Notes under the pieces: model-generated
Seen by the model: only the letters and a program-made list of their open reading frames with translations
Told to the model about the DNA's origin: nothing
Database searches by the model: none
Program-made: the position numbers and the translations under genes
Shown here: piece after piece, positions 53,161 to 62,151 of the stretch
Numbering within the stretch: position 1 is the first letter of the stretch
Layout: each line of letters opens with the position of its first letter
NCBI GenBank assembly: GCA_039817245.1
Contig: JBCBWF010000001.1
Coordinates: 317 to 64,316, forward strand
Reading direction: 5' to 3'
Length of the DNA stretch: 64,000 bases
Source of the DNA: Pseudomonadota bacterium
Lineage (GTDB): Bacteria > Pseudomonadota > Alphaproteobacteria > Rhodobacterales > Rhodobacteraceae

Positions 53161-54537
53161 TCAATGCAGCGGGAACAGGTTCTCCCAGGCGCGCTCCAGC
53201 ACCTCCGGGGTCAGCGCCGGCGGCACCCCCTCATAGGCGCAGATCGCAAACGCCTGGTCGATCAGAAACCGCGGATGGAAGGCCTGGTAGGTCCGCTCAT
53301 GCTTCTCGTAGAGCTCCGTCAGCACGAAGGCGAGCACCTCCTCGCTCAGCGCCAAACCGGCCCGCGCGGCCGTCGCGGCGAAGATGCGCAGAAAGAGCGC
53401 GCGGTCCGGACTGTCCACCAGGATCTTGTAGCGCAGTCGGCGCAGCGCCGCCTCGTCCACCAGTTCGCTCGGCGGGATGTTCGTCGAGAAGATCACGAGG
53501 CTGTCGAACGGCGCCTCGAACTTGCGGCCCGATTGTAGCGCCAGAAAGTCCAGCCCGTTCTCCAGCGGAATGATGAGACGGTTGATGATCTCCTGCGGAT
53601 GCTGGCGCTGCCGGCCGAAATCGTCCACCACCAGCACGCCGCCGACGGATTTGAGCTGCATCGAGGCTTCGTAGATCCGGCTGACGGGGCTGTAGGAGAG
53701 ATCCAGCATATCCACCGTCAGCTCGCCGCCGGCGATCAGCTTCGGCCGCCGGCAGGGCATGTAGCGCCGGTCGAAGCCCGGCGCGCGGCGCAGGCCCGCC
53801 GCGATGGCCGCCTCCGAGGCGCCGGGCATGCTCCCCTCCAACGCCTGGATGGCCGCGGTGTCCAGCGCCTGGTGCACCGCGGGGTCGTAGAGCGTGATCA
53901 CCTGCCGGTCCATCTCCAGCGCGAAGGGCAGGAAGACATGCGCCCCGAAGGCACGGCAGAGCGCCTCCGCGATCGACGACTTTCCGTTCCCTGGCGGGCC
54001 GTAGAGCAGCATCGAGGCGCCGGAATTCGCCGCGGGGCCGAGCTGGCGCATGAGCGTCGGCGCCAGGGTCAGGCTCTTGAAGACGCGCTCCAGCGTCGGG
54101 CGCAGCAGCACCTCGCCGCGGATGGACTGCGCCTGGACCTGCGCCGCGAACTGTTCCAGCGGCACCGGGGCCGCGCCGACATATTCGCTCTGCGCCAGCG
54201 CCTCGAGCGCCCATTCGCGCCCCCGCCCGGTCAGCCCGTAGCGCATCTCCGCGGTCACCAGCGCCTCGCGCTGGCCGAGCGCCTCGAAGAGCTTCTGATC
54301 GACCCCGAGCTGCAGGAGCTCCAGCACGAGCCGCACGGGCAGCCGGATCACGCCGGAGAGCTCGCTCGCGCGCTCCTTGCCCATCCGGTAGACGATCTTG
54401 CAGATCAGCCCGAGCAGGAAACCGATCTCGAGGCCCACCTCGTCGAGCGACTGCGGCTGGCGCGGCGGCAGAACCTGGCGCTCGGGCGCCTCCCCGCTCG
54501 CGGTGTCGCGCGCCACGGACTCAGCGGGCTGGGCCAT
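53161..54537 (-). CDS. AAA-family ATPase with N-terminal winged-helix-like region, function unknown
   Basis: Walker A YGPPGNGKS, Walker B VVDDFGRQ, FSTN, DEAALRR. Confidence 0.82.
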   Translation of the reverse strand: MAQPAESVARDTASGEAPERQVLPPRQPQSLDEVGLEIGFLLGLICKIVYRMGKERASELSGVIRLPVRLVLELLQLGVDQKLFEALGQREALVTAEMRYGLTGRGREWALEALAQSEYVGAAPVPLEQFAAQVQAQSIRGEVLLRPTLERVFKSLTLAPTLMRQLGPAANSGASMLLYGPPGNGKSSIAEALCRAFGAHVFLPFALEMDRQVITLYDPAVHQALDTAAIQALEGSMPGASEAAIAAGLRRAPGFDRRYMPCRRPKLIAGGELTVDMLDLSYSPVSRIYEASMQLKSVGGVLVVDDFGRQRQHPQEIINRLIIPLENGLDFLALQSGRKFEAPFDSLVIFSTNIPPSELVDEAALRRLRYKILVDSPDRALFLRIFAATAARAGLALSEEVLAFVLTELYEKHERTYQAFHPRFLIDQAFAICAYEGVPPALTPEVLERAWENLFPLH

Positions 54538-54790
54538 CGGTGCCCTCTCGGCGGCGTTCGGGGATCGGCATCGCTCTCGGCTCCGGCATCGCGCGGTTCG
54601 ATCCACAAGCTACGGCGCGCGCGTTACGCCCGCCCTAACCTTGCGGCGCGGAAGGACGGGACGCGCGAGATCCGGGCGCGCCGGCGCGGCCGGGCCCACG
54701 GCTCGACGAATGCCGCAGGCATGAGGAGAGCGCGGAAAAGCATCGCTGCGCGAAGCGCGGCGATACCGCTAGGGAGGCTCTCGGAACCGC

Positions 54791-55387
54791 TCAGTCGAGC
54801 CGCACGCCCGCTTGCCGCATCGCATCGCGCGCCGCCGCGAGCGAGCCATCCAGGTCGATCGCCCGGCACGCCGCTTCGCGCACCGTCACGCCGAGCCCCA
54901 GCCGCGCGGCGTCCAGCGCCGAGGACTGCACGCAGAAATCCGTCGCGAGCCCCGCCAGCACCACCTCCGAGACACCGAGCGCCGAGAGCGCCCCTGCCAG
55001 CCCCGTCGGCGTCTCCCGATCGTTCTCGAAGAAGGCGGAGTAGCTGTCCACCGCCCGCCGGTATCCCTTGCGCACCACCAGATGCGCCCGATCCGTCTCG
55101 AGGCCGGGGTGAAACGCCGCCCCGGCACTGCCCTGCACACAGTGATCCGGCCACAGCACCTGCGTCCCGTACGCCATCTCGACCGTCTCGAAGGGCGCAG
55201 CCCCCGGGTGCTGCGAGGCAAAGGACGCATGATCGGCCGGATGCCAGTCCTGCGTCAGCACCACGATCGCGTGCTCGGCCATCAGCGCGTTGACGCGCGG
55301 CACCACCGCATCGCCCTCCGGCACCGCCAGCGCGCCTCCGGGGCAGAAATCCACCTGAACGTCGATCACCAGCAGCGCCGTCGCCAT
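54791..55387 (-). CDS. pncA: Nicotinamidase/pyrazinamidase
   Basis: IDVQVDFCPGGAL, QDWHP, WPDHC, RKG, DSYSAF, GLATDFCV. Confidence 0.92.
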   Translation of the reverse strand: MATALLVIDVQVDFCPGGALAVPEGDAVVPRVNALMAEHAIVVLTQDWHPADHASFASQHPGAAPFETVEMAYGTQVLWPDHCVQGSAGAAFHPGLETDRAHLVVRKGYRRAVDSYSAFFENDRETPTGLAGALSALGVSEVVLAGLATDFCVQSSALDAARLGLGVTVREAACRAIDLDGSLAAARDAMRQAGVRLD

Positions 55388-55406
55388 GCCGTGCCCCCCT
55401 CTGCGC

Positions 55407-57017
55407 TCAGACAAGCACCGCCATACCGTCCCGACCGGGATCGGCCCCGCCGCGCCAGCCATCCGGGCCGCGCCGCAGCGCATGCACCGCCGCGAAGCCG
55501 TAGCTCATCGCCGAGCGCCGGGTGGCATAGCCCATGGCCTGCAGCCCCGCCTCCGTGCGCCGCAGAACCCGGTTCGTGAGATCGATCGTGTCCGAGGTCG
55601 TGCAGAAGCGCGGCGCCGCCACCGCCTCCGCCGCGGTCATCCCGAAATCCACCATGTTGAGGATCCCCTGCAGCACCCCCATGGTGATGTAGGTGCCCCC
55701 CGGCGCCCCGATCGCCATCGCAGGGCCCTCGCCGTCGAAGAGGATGGTGGGGCACATCGCGGTGAAGCGCGACTTGCCGGGCGCGAGCGAGCCGGCCCGC
55801 CCGGGCCGCGGATCGAAGACCCCCATGCAGCCATTGTACATGAAGCCCAGCCCCTCGGTGACGACGCCGGACGGCATCCCGATCGAGTGGGTCATCGTCA
55901 CGAGGTTGCCGGCACAGTCGACCGTGCAGATATGCGTGGTGTCCTTCGGCTCCTCCGGCCCGCGATTGAGCCGCGGGACATGCGCCTTCTCGCCGGCCCG
56001 GATGCGCGCCGCCGCGGCCGCCGCATAGTCCTTCGAGGTGAGCTCCGCCACCGGCACCTCCACGAAGCGCGGATCGCCCACCTTCGTGTCCTTGTCCACC
56101 GTCGCGATCTTCATCGCCTCGGACACGGTCGCCACATACTCCGCCGAGTTGTGCCCCATCCCCGCCAGATCGAACTGCTCGAGGATGTTAAGCATCTCCA
56201 GAAGGATCACGCCGCCGCCCGGAGGCTGGTTGGTGGCGATCCGGTAGCCGCGATAGTCGCCCCAGAGCGGCGCGCCTTCCGTCGGCCGGGCCTCCGCCAG
56301 ATCCTCGGCCGACAGGAGCCCGCCATGCGCCGCCATATCCGCCGCGATCTCCCCGGCGATCGCGCCGGTGTAGAAGTCCTCGGGGCCCGCCTCCGCGATC
56401 CGGCGCAGCGTCCGCGCCATATCCGCGTTCCGGTGAATGTCGCCGATCCGCGGCACCGTCCCGTCCGGGCGCAGATAGCACTTCGCCGTGGCAGGGATGC
56501 GGGTGAGGAACTCGATATGCGCCACCCGCCCGGCCTTCGGCACTTCGTGCCAGTAGCCGGTGACGGCGGGCCGGATCGCGAAGCCCTCCTCCGCATAGTG
56601 AATGGCAGCGGGCAGGAGATCCGCGAGGCTTCGCGTGCCGTATCGCTCCAGCGCGAGCGCCAGCGCGCGCAGCGTCATGGGCGTGGTGACCGACTGGTAG
56701 CCGATCTCGTTCACCGCCCCCTCCAGCAGGAAGCCGAACCCGTCCTCCGCCTCGCCGAGCACGATATCGGCCCACATATCGGGCCGCGCCGCCGCGGGTG
56801 CGCGGCCGTGGAAATCGATGAAGCCGTGCCGCCCGTCGGCCATGAGCACCTGCGCCGAGCCGAAGCCGGCGAGGCCGCACATGAAGGGATCGACGACGCT
56901 CTGAACCAGCGCGCAGGCCACCGCGGCATCGACCGCGTTGCCGCCGTCGCGCAGCACATCCGCTCCGGCCTCGGCCGCCTCGGGCTGAGGCGCGGTGATG
57001 CAGCCCTGCGCGCTCAT
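55407..57017 (-). CDS. ggt: Gamma-glutamyltransferase family protein
   Basis: GGNAVDAAVA, DTTH (N-terminal nucleophile Thr of the small subunit), PGKSRFTAMCP, GAPGG, EAVAAPRF, GGADP. Confidence 0.88.
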   Translation of the reverse strand: MSAQGCITAPQPEAAEAGADVLRDGGNAVDAAVACALVQSVVDPFMCGLAGFGSAQVLMADGRHGFIDFHGRAPAAARPDMWADIVLGEAEDGFGFLLEGAVNEIGYQSVTTPMTLRALALALERYGTRSLADLLPAAIHYAEEGFAIRPAVTGYWHEVPKAGRVAHIEFLTRIPATAKCYLRPDGTVPRIGDIHRNADMARTLRRIAEAGPEDFYTGAIAGEIAADMAAHGGLLSAEDLAEARPTEGAPLWGDYRGYRIATNQPPGGGVILLEMLNILEQFDLAGMGHNSAEYVATVSEAMKIATVDKDTKVGDPRFVEVPVAELTSKDYAAAAAARIRAGEKAHVPRLNRGPEEPKDTTHICTVDCAGNLVTMTHSIGMPSGVVTEGLGFMYNGCMGVFDPRPGRAGSLAPGKSRFTAMCPTILFDGEGPAMAIGAPGGTYITMGVLQGILNMVDFGMTAAEAVAAPRFCTTSDTIDLTNRVLRRTEAGLQAMGYATRRSAMSYGFAAVHALRRGPDGWRGGADPGRDGMAVLV

Positions 57018-58483
57018 GCCGGCACCTCCGCGGGGCGCGGCATGGCCGGCGCCGAGGCCAGCGCGGCGAGATCGGGCAGCGGCCGCGCCGTCTCCGGATC
57101 GCGGGCCAGCGCGTCCTCGAGGGCCCGGGCGATGGCCAGAACGCGACGGTCCGACCGGTGCGGCCCGACGATCTGCAGCCCGAAGGGCATGCCCCCCTCG
57201 TCCCGCCCGCACGGGATGGCCGCCACGGTCGCGAAGCAGAGCGTCGGCGCATAGGTGAGCGAGAGCCAGCGCATATAGGTCGGCATCGCCTCGCCGTTGA
57301 TCTCCTCCACGAAGAGCTGGGCATGCGGGAACGGCGCGACCGAGGCGCCCGGGATGATCAGGATGTCCTGCTCCTCGAAGAAGGCGAGGAACCGCCGATA
57401 CGCCTTGGTCTGCTCCGCCTGCGCCCAGGCGACATCGTAGAGGCTGTAGGCCGCCCCGCGCTCCACGTTGTCGATGACGTTGCGATCGAGTTCATCGCGC
57501 CGGCTCTCGACGAGCTCGCGCATATTGGTCGCGAAGGCGCAGGCGCGGGTGATCTCGAAGACATCGTGGATCGGCCCGAAATCCGGTGTCGCCTCCTCCA
57601 TCCGCGCAAAGAGCCCGCCGATCCGGCCCATGCGCGCGCGGAACAGCGCCGCGATCCCCGCATCCACCGGGCAGCAGCCGAGATCCGGCGAGAAGGCCAC
57701 CCGCAGCGCGGCGAGATCCACCGGGTCGACCGGGCCGGGATCCGGCAGGCTCCAGGGATCGCGGAGGTCGTGGTCCACCTGCGCATCGAAGAGCAGAGCG
57801 GCATCCGCCAGATCGCGCCCCATCGGCCCGTTCACCCCCCAGGGCGAGAGCACCGCGGCGGAGCCCGGCGCCGGCACCGTGCCGAAGGAGGGCCGGAAGC
57901 CCGAGACGCCGCAGAAGACCGCAGGCGTCCTCAGCGAGCCGCCATAGTCCGAGCCCGTCGCCAGCGGCGCCATCCCCACCGCGAGTGCGACCGCCGAGCC
58001 GCCCGACGAGCCGGCGGAGGTCTTGGAGGGGTCGAACGGGTTCCCGGTCGCGCCGAACACGCGGTTCACGGTGTTCGCGCCCGCGCCGAACTCCGGCAGG
58101 TTGGTCTTGGCGAAGGGGATCGCACCCGCGGCGCGCAGGCGCGCGACGCCCGGCTCATCCGCCGTCGGCACGTCCTGCGCATGGATGAGCGAGCCGCTCG
58201 TGCAGCGCATCCCCGCCACGGCGCGGTTGTCCTTGATCGCCACGGGCAGGCCGTGGAGCGCGCCGAGCGGCTTGCCGGTGGCCACGGCGGCCTCCGCCTC
58301 GCGCGCGCCGGCCAGCGCGCGCTCGCGGTCCAGCGTCACGATGGCGTTGAGCGCCGGGTTCACGGCGTCGATGCGCGCGAGGCAGCTCTCCATCAGCGCC
58401 ACCGGCGACAGCGCCTTCGCGCCGATCAGCCGGCGCGCCTCGCGCGCGCTCAGATCGCAGGGCTCGCTCGGTCCGCTCTGCAT
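57014..58483 (-). CDS. Amidase-signature family amidase
   Basis: GLPVAIKD, AGSSGGSA, GSDYGGSLRTPA (Ser-cisSer-Lys triad), PFGLQIVG. Confidence 0.92.
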   Translation of the reverse strand: MQSGPSEPCDLSAREARRLIGAKALSPVALMESCLARIDAVNPALNAIVTLDRERALAGAREAEAAVATGKPLGALHGLPVAIKDNRAVAGMRCTSGSLIHAQDVPTADEPGVARLRAAGAIPFAKTNLPEFGAGANTVNRVFGATGNPFDPSKTSAGSSGGSAVALAVGMAPLATGSDYGGSLRTPAVFCGVSGFRPSFGTVPAPGSAAVLSPWGVNGPMGRDLADAALLFDAQVDHDLRDPWSLPDPGPVDPVDLAALRVAFSPDLGCCPVDAGIAALFRARMGRIGGLFARMEEATPDFGPIHDVFEITRACAFATNMRELVESRRDELDRNVIDNVERGAAYSLYDVAWAQAEQTKAYRRFLAFFEEQDILIIPGASVAPFPHAQLFVEEINGEAMPTYMRWLSLTYAPTLCFATVAAIPCGRDEGGMPFGLQIVGPHRSDRRVLAIARALEDALARDPETARPLPDLAALASAPAMPRPAEVPA

Positions 58484-58614
58484 GCTACGCCTCTCCCCGT
58501 TGTTTTGTATTGGCGCGAGCTTCGCCAGTCCCGCACCGCGACGCAAGCATCGAGCCGCGTGCAATCCGCGCGAGGGCGGGGCAAGAAGGTGCAGCAGCCC
58601 CAGCGGAGACGACG

Positions 58615-59805
58615 ATGACCGAGACGATGCCCCCCGCCGCGCCGGCCGGCCCGGCCCCCGCGGCCGACGCGATGGACCCCGCCACCGAGGCGCTCCTCGC
58701 CGAGATTCGCCGCTGGGTGGAGATCGAGACGCCGACCGGCCATGTCCCGGGCCTCGACGCGATGATGGACCTTGCGAGCGCGGCCTATGAGGCGATCGGC
58801 GGCAACGTCACCCGCATCCCCGGAACGCTCGGCCAGGGCGATCACCTCTCCATCGCCCTGCCCTGGACGGGATCCGGGCACGGAGACAACCGCCCGGGCA
58901 TCCTGGTCCTCTCCCATCTCGACACGGTCCACCCCGTCGGCACGCTCGCCGAGGCGCTGCCCTTCCGCGTCGAGGGTGCGCGCGCCTATGGCCCCGGGAT
59001 CGCGGACATGAAGGGCGGCGCGGTGATCGCGCTCGCCGCGCTGCGCGCGATCCACGAGGCCGGGGGGCGGACACCGCTGCCCGTGCGCGTCCTTCTCACC
59101 TCCGACGAGGAGATCGGCTCGCCCACCTCCCGCGCGCCCATCGAGGCGGAGGCGGCGCGCGCGGCCTATGTCCTCGTCACCGAGCCCGCGCGCAACGGCG
59201 GCAAGGTCGTCACGGCGCGCAAGGGTGTCTCGCGCTACGGCCTCGAGACCCGCGGGCGCGCCGCCCATTCCGGCAACAACCATGCCGAGGGGCGGAGCGC
59301 CATTCTCGAGCTCGCGCGCCAGATCGTGACCATCGAGGGCCGCAACGGGGAGATGGAGGGCACCACGCTCAATGTCGGCCGCATCACCGGGGGCACGACG
59401 GACAATACCGTCCCCGAATTCGCCATGGCGCGCATCGATGTGCGCACCCCGACCGCCGCGGCGGCCGAGGAGATCGATGCCTGGCTCCGTACCCTGCGCG
59501 CCGTCGACCCGGACGTGACGCTCACGCTCACCGGCGGGCCGAACCGGCCGCCGATGGAGCGCAATGCCGGCGTGGCTGCCCTGTTCGACCATGCCAGCGC
59601 CCTCGCCGCGGAGATCGGCTTCGAACTGGAGGAGACCTATTCCGGCGGCGGCTCGGACGGGAGCTTCACCGCCGCGACCGTGCCGACCCTCGACGGGCTC
59701 GGCGTGGACGGCGCGAAGGTGCACACCCATGACGAGCATCTGATGGTCCCCTCGATCCTGCCGCGGATGAGGCTCATGCGCCGCCTCTTCGAAACGCTCG
59801 CATGA
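58615..59805 (+). CDS. M20 metallopeptidase (glutamate carboxypeptidase-like)
   Basis: LSHLDTV, GIADMKGG, SDEEIGS, VTEP, GGGSDG, VHTHDE. Confidence 0.9.
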   Translation: MTETMPPAAPAGPAPAADAMDPATEALLAEIRRWVEIETPTGHVPGLDAMMDLASAAYEAIGGNVTRIPGTLGQGDHLSIALPWTGSGHGDNRPGILVLSHLDTVHPVGTLAEALPFRVEGARAYGPGIADMKGGAVIALAALRAIHEAGGRTPLPVRVLLTSDEEIGSPTSRAPIEAEAARAAYVLVTEPARNGGKVVTARKGVSRYGLETRGRAAHSGNNHAEGRSAILELARQIVTIEGRNGEMEGTTLNVGRITGGTTDNTVPEFAMARIDVRTPTAAAAEEIDAWLRTLRAVDPDVTLTLTGGPNRPPMERNAGVAALFDHASALAAEIGFELEETYSGGGSDGSFTAATVPTLDGLGVDGAKVHTHDEHLMVPSILPRMRLMRRLFETLA

Positions 59806-59887
59806 GCGCGGCCGGTCCTGCCGCCGGATCCGTTTCGATCCGGACCCGGGGGCTGGACAGAACGCCGGCAGCGCCCAAGCAAGGGGT

Positions 59888-61360
59888 ATGATCTCCGCCT
59901 CCGATACCCGCGCCGCCGCGGACGGCGCCGAGCCGGCAACCGTGGACTGGCGCGCGGCCCCCACGGCGGCCGAGGCCGCGGCACTCTACCGCCCGCCGGC
60001 GCCCTACCCGGTTTCGCCCACCCGCGCGCTGCTGCGCGCGATCGTGAACCTCGAGCGCGACCTCATCACGCTCCTGCCGGCGGAGGCCTATCGCGCGCTC
60101 GACTTCAAGCTCGGCTCCTCGCGCCGCGGCATCTACATGATCAACGCGCCCGAGACCGTGCGCCTCGCAACGGGGGCGAGGCTCGACGACTTCCCGAAAA
60201 ACGACCTTATGGTGGGGGCGCTCAAACCGGTGGTGGGCGAAAGCATCTTCGTCTCCTCCGGCGCGCTCTGGGAACGCCAGCGCCGCATGACCGAGCCCGC
60301 CTTCGGCCAGCTCCGCATCAACCGCGCCTTCGTGCACATGGCCGGCGCGATGGCCGATGGCGAGGCCCGCTTCGATGCCGCCGCCGCCCGCGGCGAGAGG
60401 CTCTCGCTCGAGGCGGAGATGTCCCATCTCACCGCGGACATGATCTACCGCACCATCTTCTCCGAGCCGCTCGCGCCCGGGATCGCGGGCCAGGTGTTCG
60501 ACGCTTTCGCGCGGTTCCAGCGCGCCGTGGCCAATGTCGAGCTCCGCCGGCTCCTGTTCTCGCCCGCCTGGCAGGAGATCCCCCAGCCCGCCCCCGCGCG
60601 CCGCGCCGCGACCGAGATCCGCAACCTCCTGGCGGAGATGCTGCGCGCACGCCGCAGCCTCATGGCCAGCGGCTCCTGCCCGGACGATATCGCGGCCGAC
60701 ATCGTCGCCGCGCGCGATCCGGAGACCGGCGAGGGCTTCACGGACGAGGAGATGCTCGACCAGCTCGGCGTCTTCTTCATGGCGGGCCACGAGACGACGG
60801 CGAGCGTGCTCACCTGGGCGGTCTTCATGCTCTCCCAGCAGCCCGGAGCCGTGTCGCGTATGCGCCGCGAGATCGACGCAGTGGCGGGGGACGGGCCAAT
60901 AGCACTCGCGCATATCAAGCGCCTCGCCTTCACCCGCGCGGTCTTCCGCGAGACGCTGCGGCTCTACCCGCCCGTCACCTTCCTCGCCCGCGTGGCGATG
61001 CGCGAAGGCCCGCTCGGCGCGCTCACGCTGCCCCGCGGCGCCATGGTGCTGATCAGCCCCTGGACGATCCAGCGCCACGAGGCGCTCTGGCCCCATGCCG
61101 ACCGGTTCGATCCCGACCGGTTCTCGCCCGAGCGCGAGAGCGAGATCGCGCCGGGCACCTATCTGCCCTTCGGCATCGGCCCGCGGGTCTGCATCGGCTC
61201 GGGCTTCGCGATGATGGAGGCCGGGCTGATCCTCGCCTCGCTCATCCGCCGCTACGACGTGGAGACGATGGCGCCCGGCCGTGTCCGCGCCGTCGCGCGC
61301 CTCACCACCCGCCCGGCGCGGGACATCTCCGTGAGACTGCGGCGCCGGGGCGGGGCGTGA
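59888..61360 (+). CDS. Cytochrome P450
   Basis: I-helix AGHETT, K-helix ETLR, haem motif FGIGPRVCIG. Confidence 0.95.
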   Translation: MISASDTRAAADGAEPATVDWRAAPTAAEAAALYRPPAPYPVSPTRALLRAIVNLERDLITLLPAEAYRALDFKLGSSRRGIYMINAPETVRLATGARLDDFPKNDLMVGALKPVVGESIFVSSGALWERQRRMTEPAFGQLRINRAFVHMAGAMADGEARFDAAAARGERLSLEAEMSHLTADMIYRTIFSEPLAPGIAGQVFDAFARFQRAVANVELRRLLFSPAWQEIPQPAPARRAATEIRNLLAEMLRARRSLMASGSCPDDIAADIVAARDPETGEGFTDEEMLDQLGVFFMAGHETTASVLTWAVFMLSQQPGAVSRMRREIDAVAGDGPIALAHIKRLAFTRAVFRETLRLYPPVTFLARVAMREGPLGALTLPRGAMVLISPWTIQRHEALWPHADRFDPDRFSPERESEIAPGTYLPFGIGPRVCIGSGFAMMEAGLILASLIRRYDVETMAPGRVRAVARLTTRPARDISVRLRRRGGA

Positions 61361-61467
61361 GGCCTCCGCCCGCATAAACCCGTCACAGCCCCGCGCTATA
61401 GTCCGCAGCCCCGGCCGGAGACACCGCCGACCGGGCCCTGCGCCATGCCCACTCAGGAGTGCCCGCC

Positions 61468-62133
61468 ATGACCGAGCCCGCAGCACAGACCCGCGAGACG
61501 CGCCGACCCGAACCGCTGGGCCGGCGCATCGAGGACTGCGTGCAGATGGTCTTTCCCACCCCCATTGCGGTCCATCGCTGGGAGGACAGCGACGCGCTGA
61601 ACGCCGCCCTCACGGCGCTGGTCCTCGCCGAGGAAGCGCGCGGCGAAGGGCTCGCGCGCAGCAATGTCGGGGGCTGGCATTCCGAGATGACCTTCATCAT
61701 GCGCGAGGAGCCCCCCTTCCTGCAGCTCATGGACCGCATCCGGACCATGGTGGGCGCGCTCACCGGGGCGATGATGAAACCCGCACAGCACCGCTTCCGG
61801 ATCGAGGGCTGGGCAAATGTGCTGCGCACGGGCCAGTACAACAGCATCCACCTGCACCCGAACTCCACCTGGTCGGGCGTCTACTACGTCACCGGCAACC
61901 CGCCGCCGGAGGGCGCCGGAGACCCGGAGTACAGCGGCAAGATCGAGTTCATCGACCCCCGCCCGGGCGCCTCGGCGACCTATTCCGTGGAAAACGCGAT
62001 GCAGCGGCGCTGCATGCTGAACCCGGGGCCGGGGACGATGATCGTCTTTCCCTCCTGGATGCAGCACCAGGTGCACCCCTATTTCGGCCCGCGAGAGCGG
62101 ATCTCCATCGCCTTCAACGTCGTGGTGGCCTGA
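61468..62133 (+). CDS. TIGR02466-type putative 2OG-Fe(II) oxygenase
   Basis: FPTPI, SNVGGWHS, WANV, HLHPNSTWSGVYYV, FIDPR, FPSWMQHQV, RISIAFN. Confidence 0.82.
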   Translation: MTEPAAQTRETRRPEPLGRRIEDCVQMVFPTPIAVHRWEDSDALNAALTALVLAEEARGEGLARSNVGGWHSEMTFIMREEPPFLQLMDRIRTMVGALTGAMMKPAQHRFRIEGWANVLRTGQYNSIHLHPNSTWSGVYYVTGNPPPEGAGDPEYSGKIEFIDPRPGASATYSVENAMQRRCMLNPGPGTMIVFPSWMQHQVHPYFGPRERISIAFNVVVA

Positions 62134-62151
62134 GCGCGCGTTCGGCGGCGG

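Noticed and set aside
58511-58527. Sigma54 -24/-12 promoter in the amidase/M20 spacer
   Set aside because: GG-N10-GC spacing appears on both strands only because the site is a palindrome; the TTGC element is imperfect and no activator site is evident.
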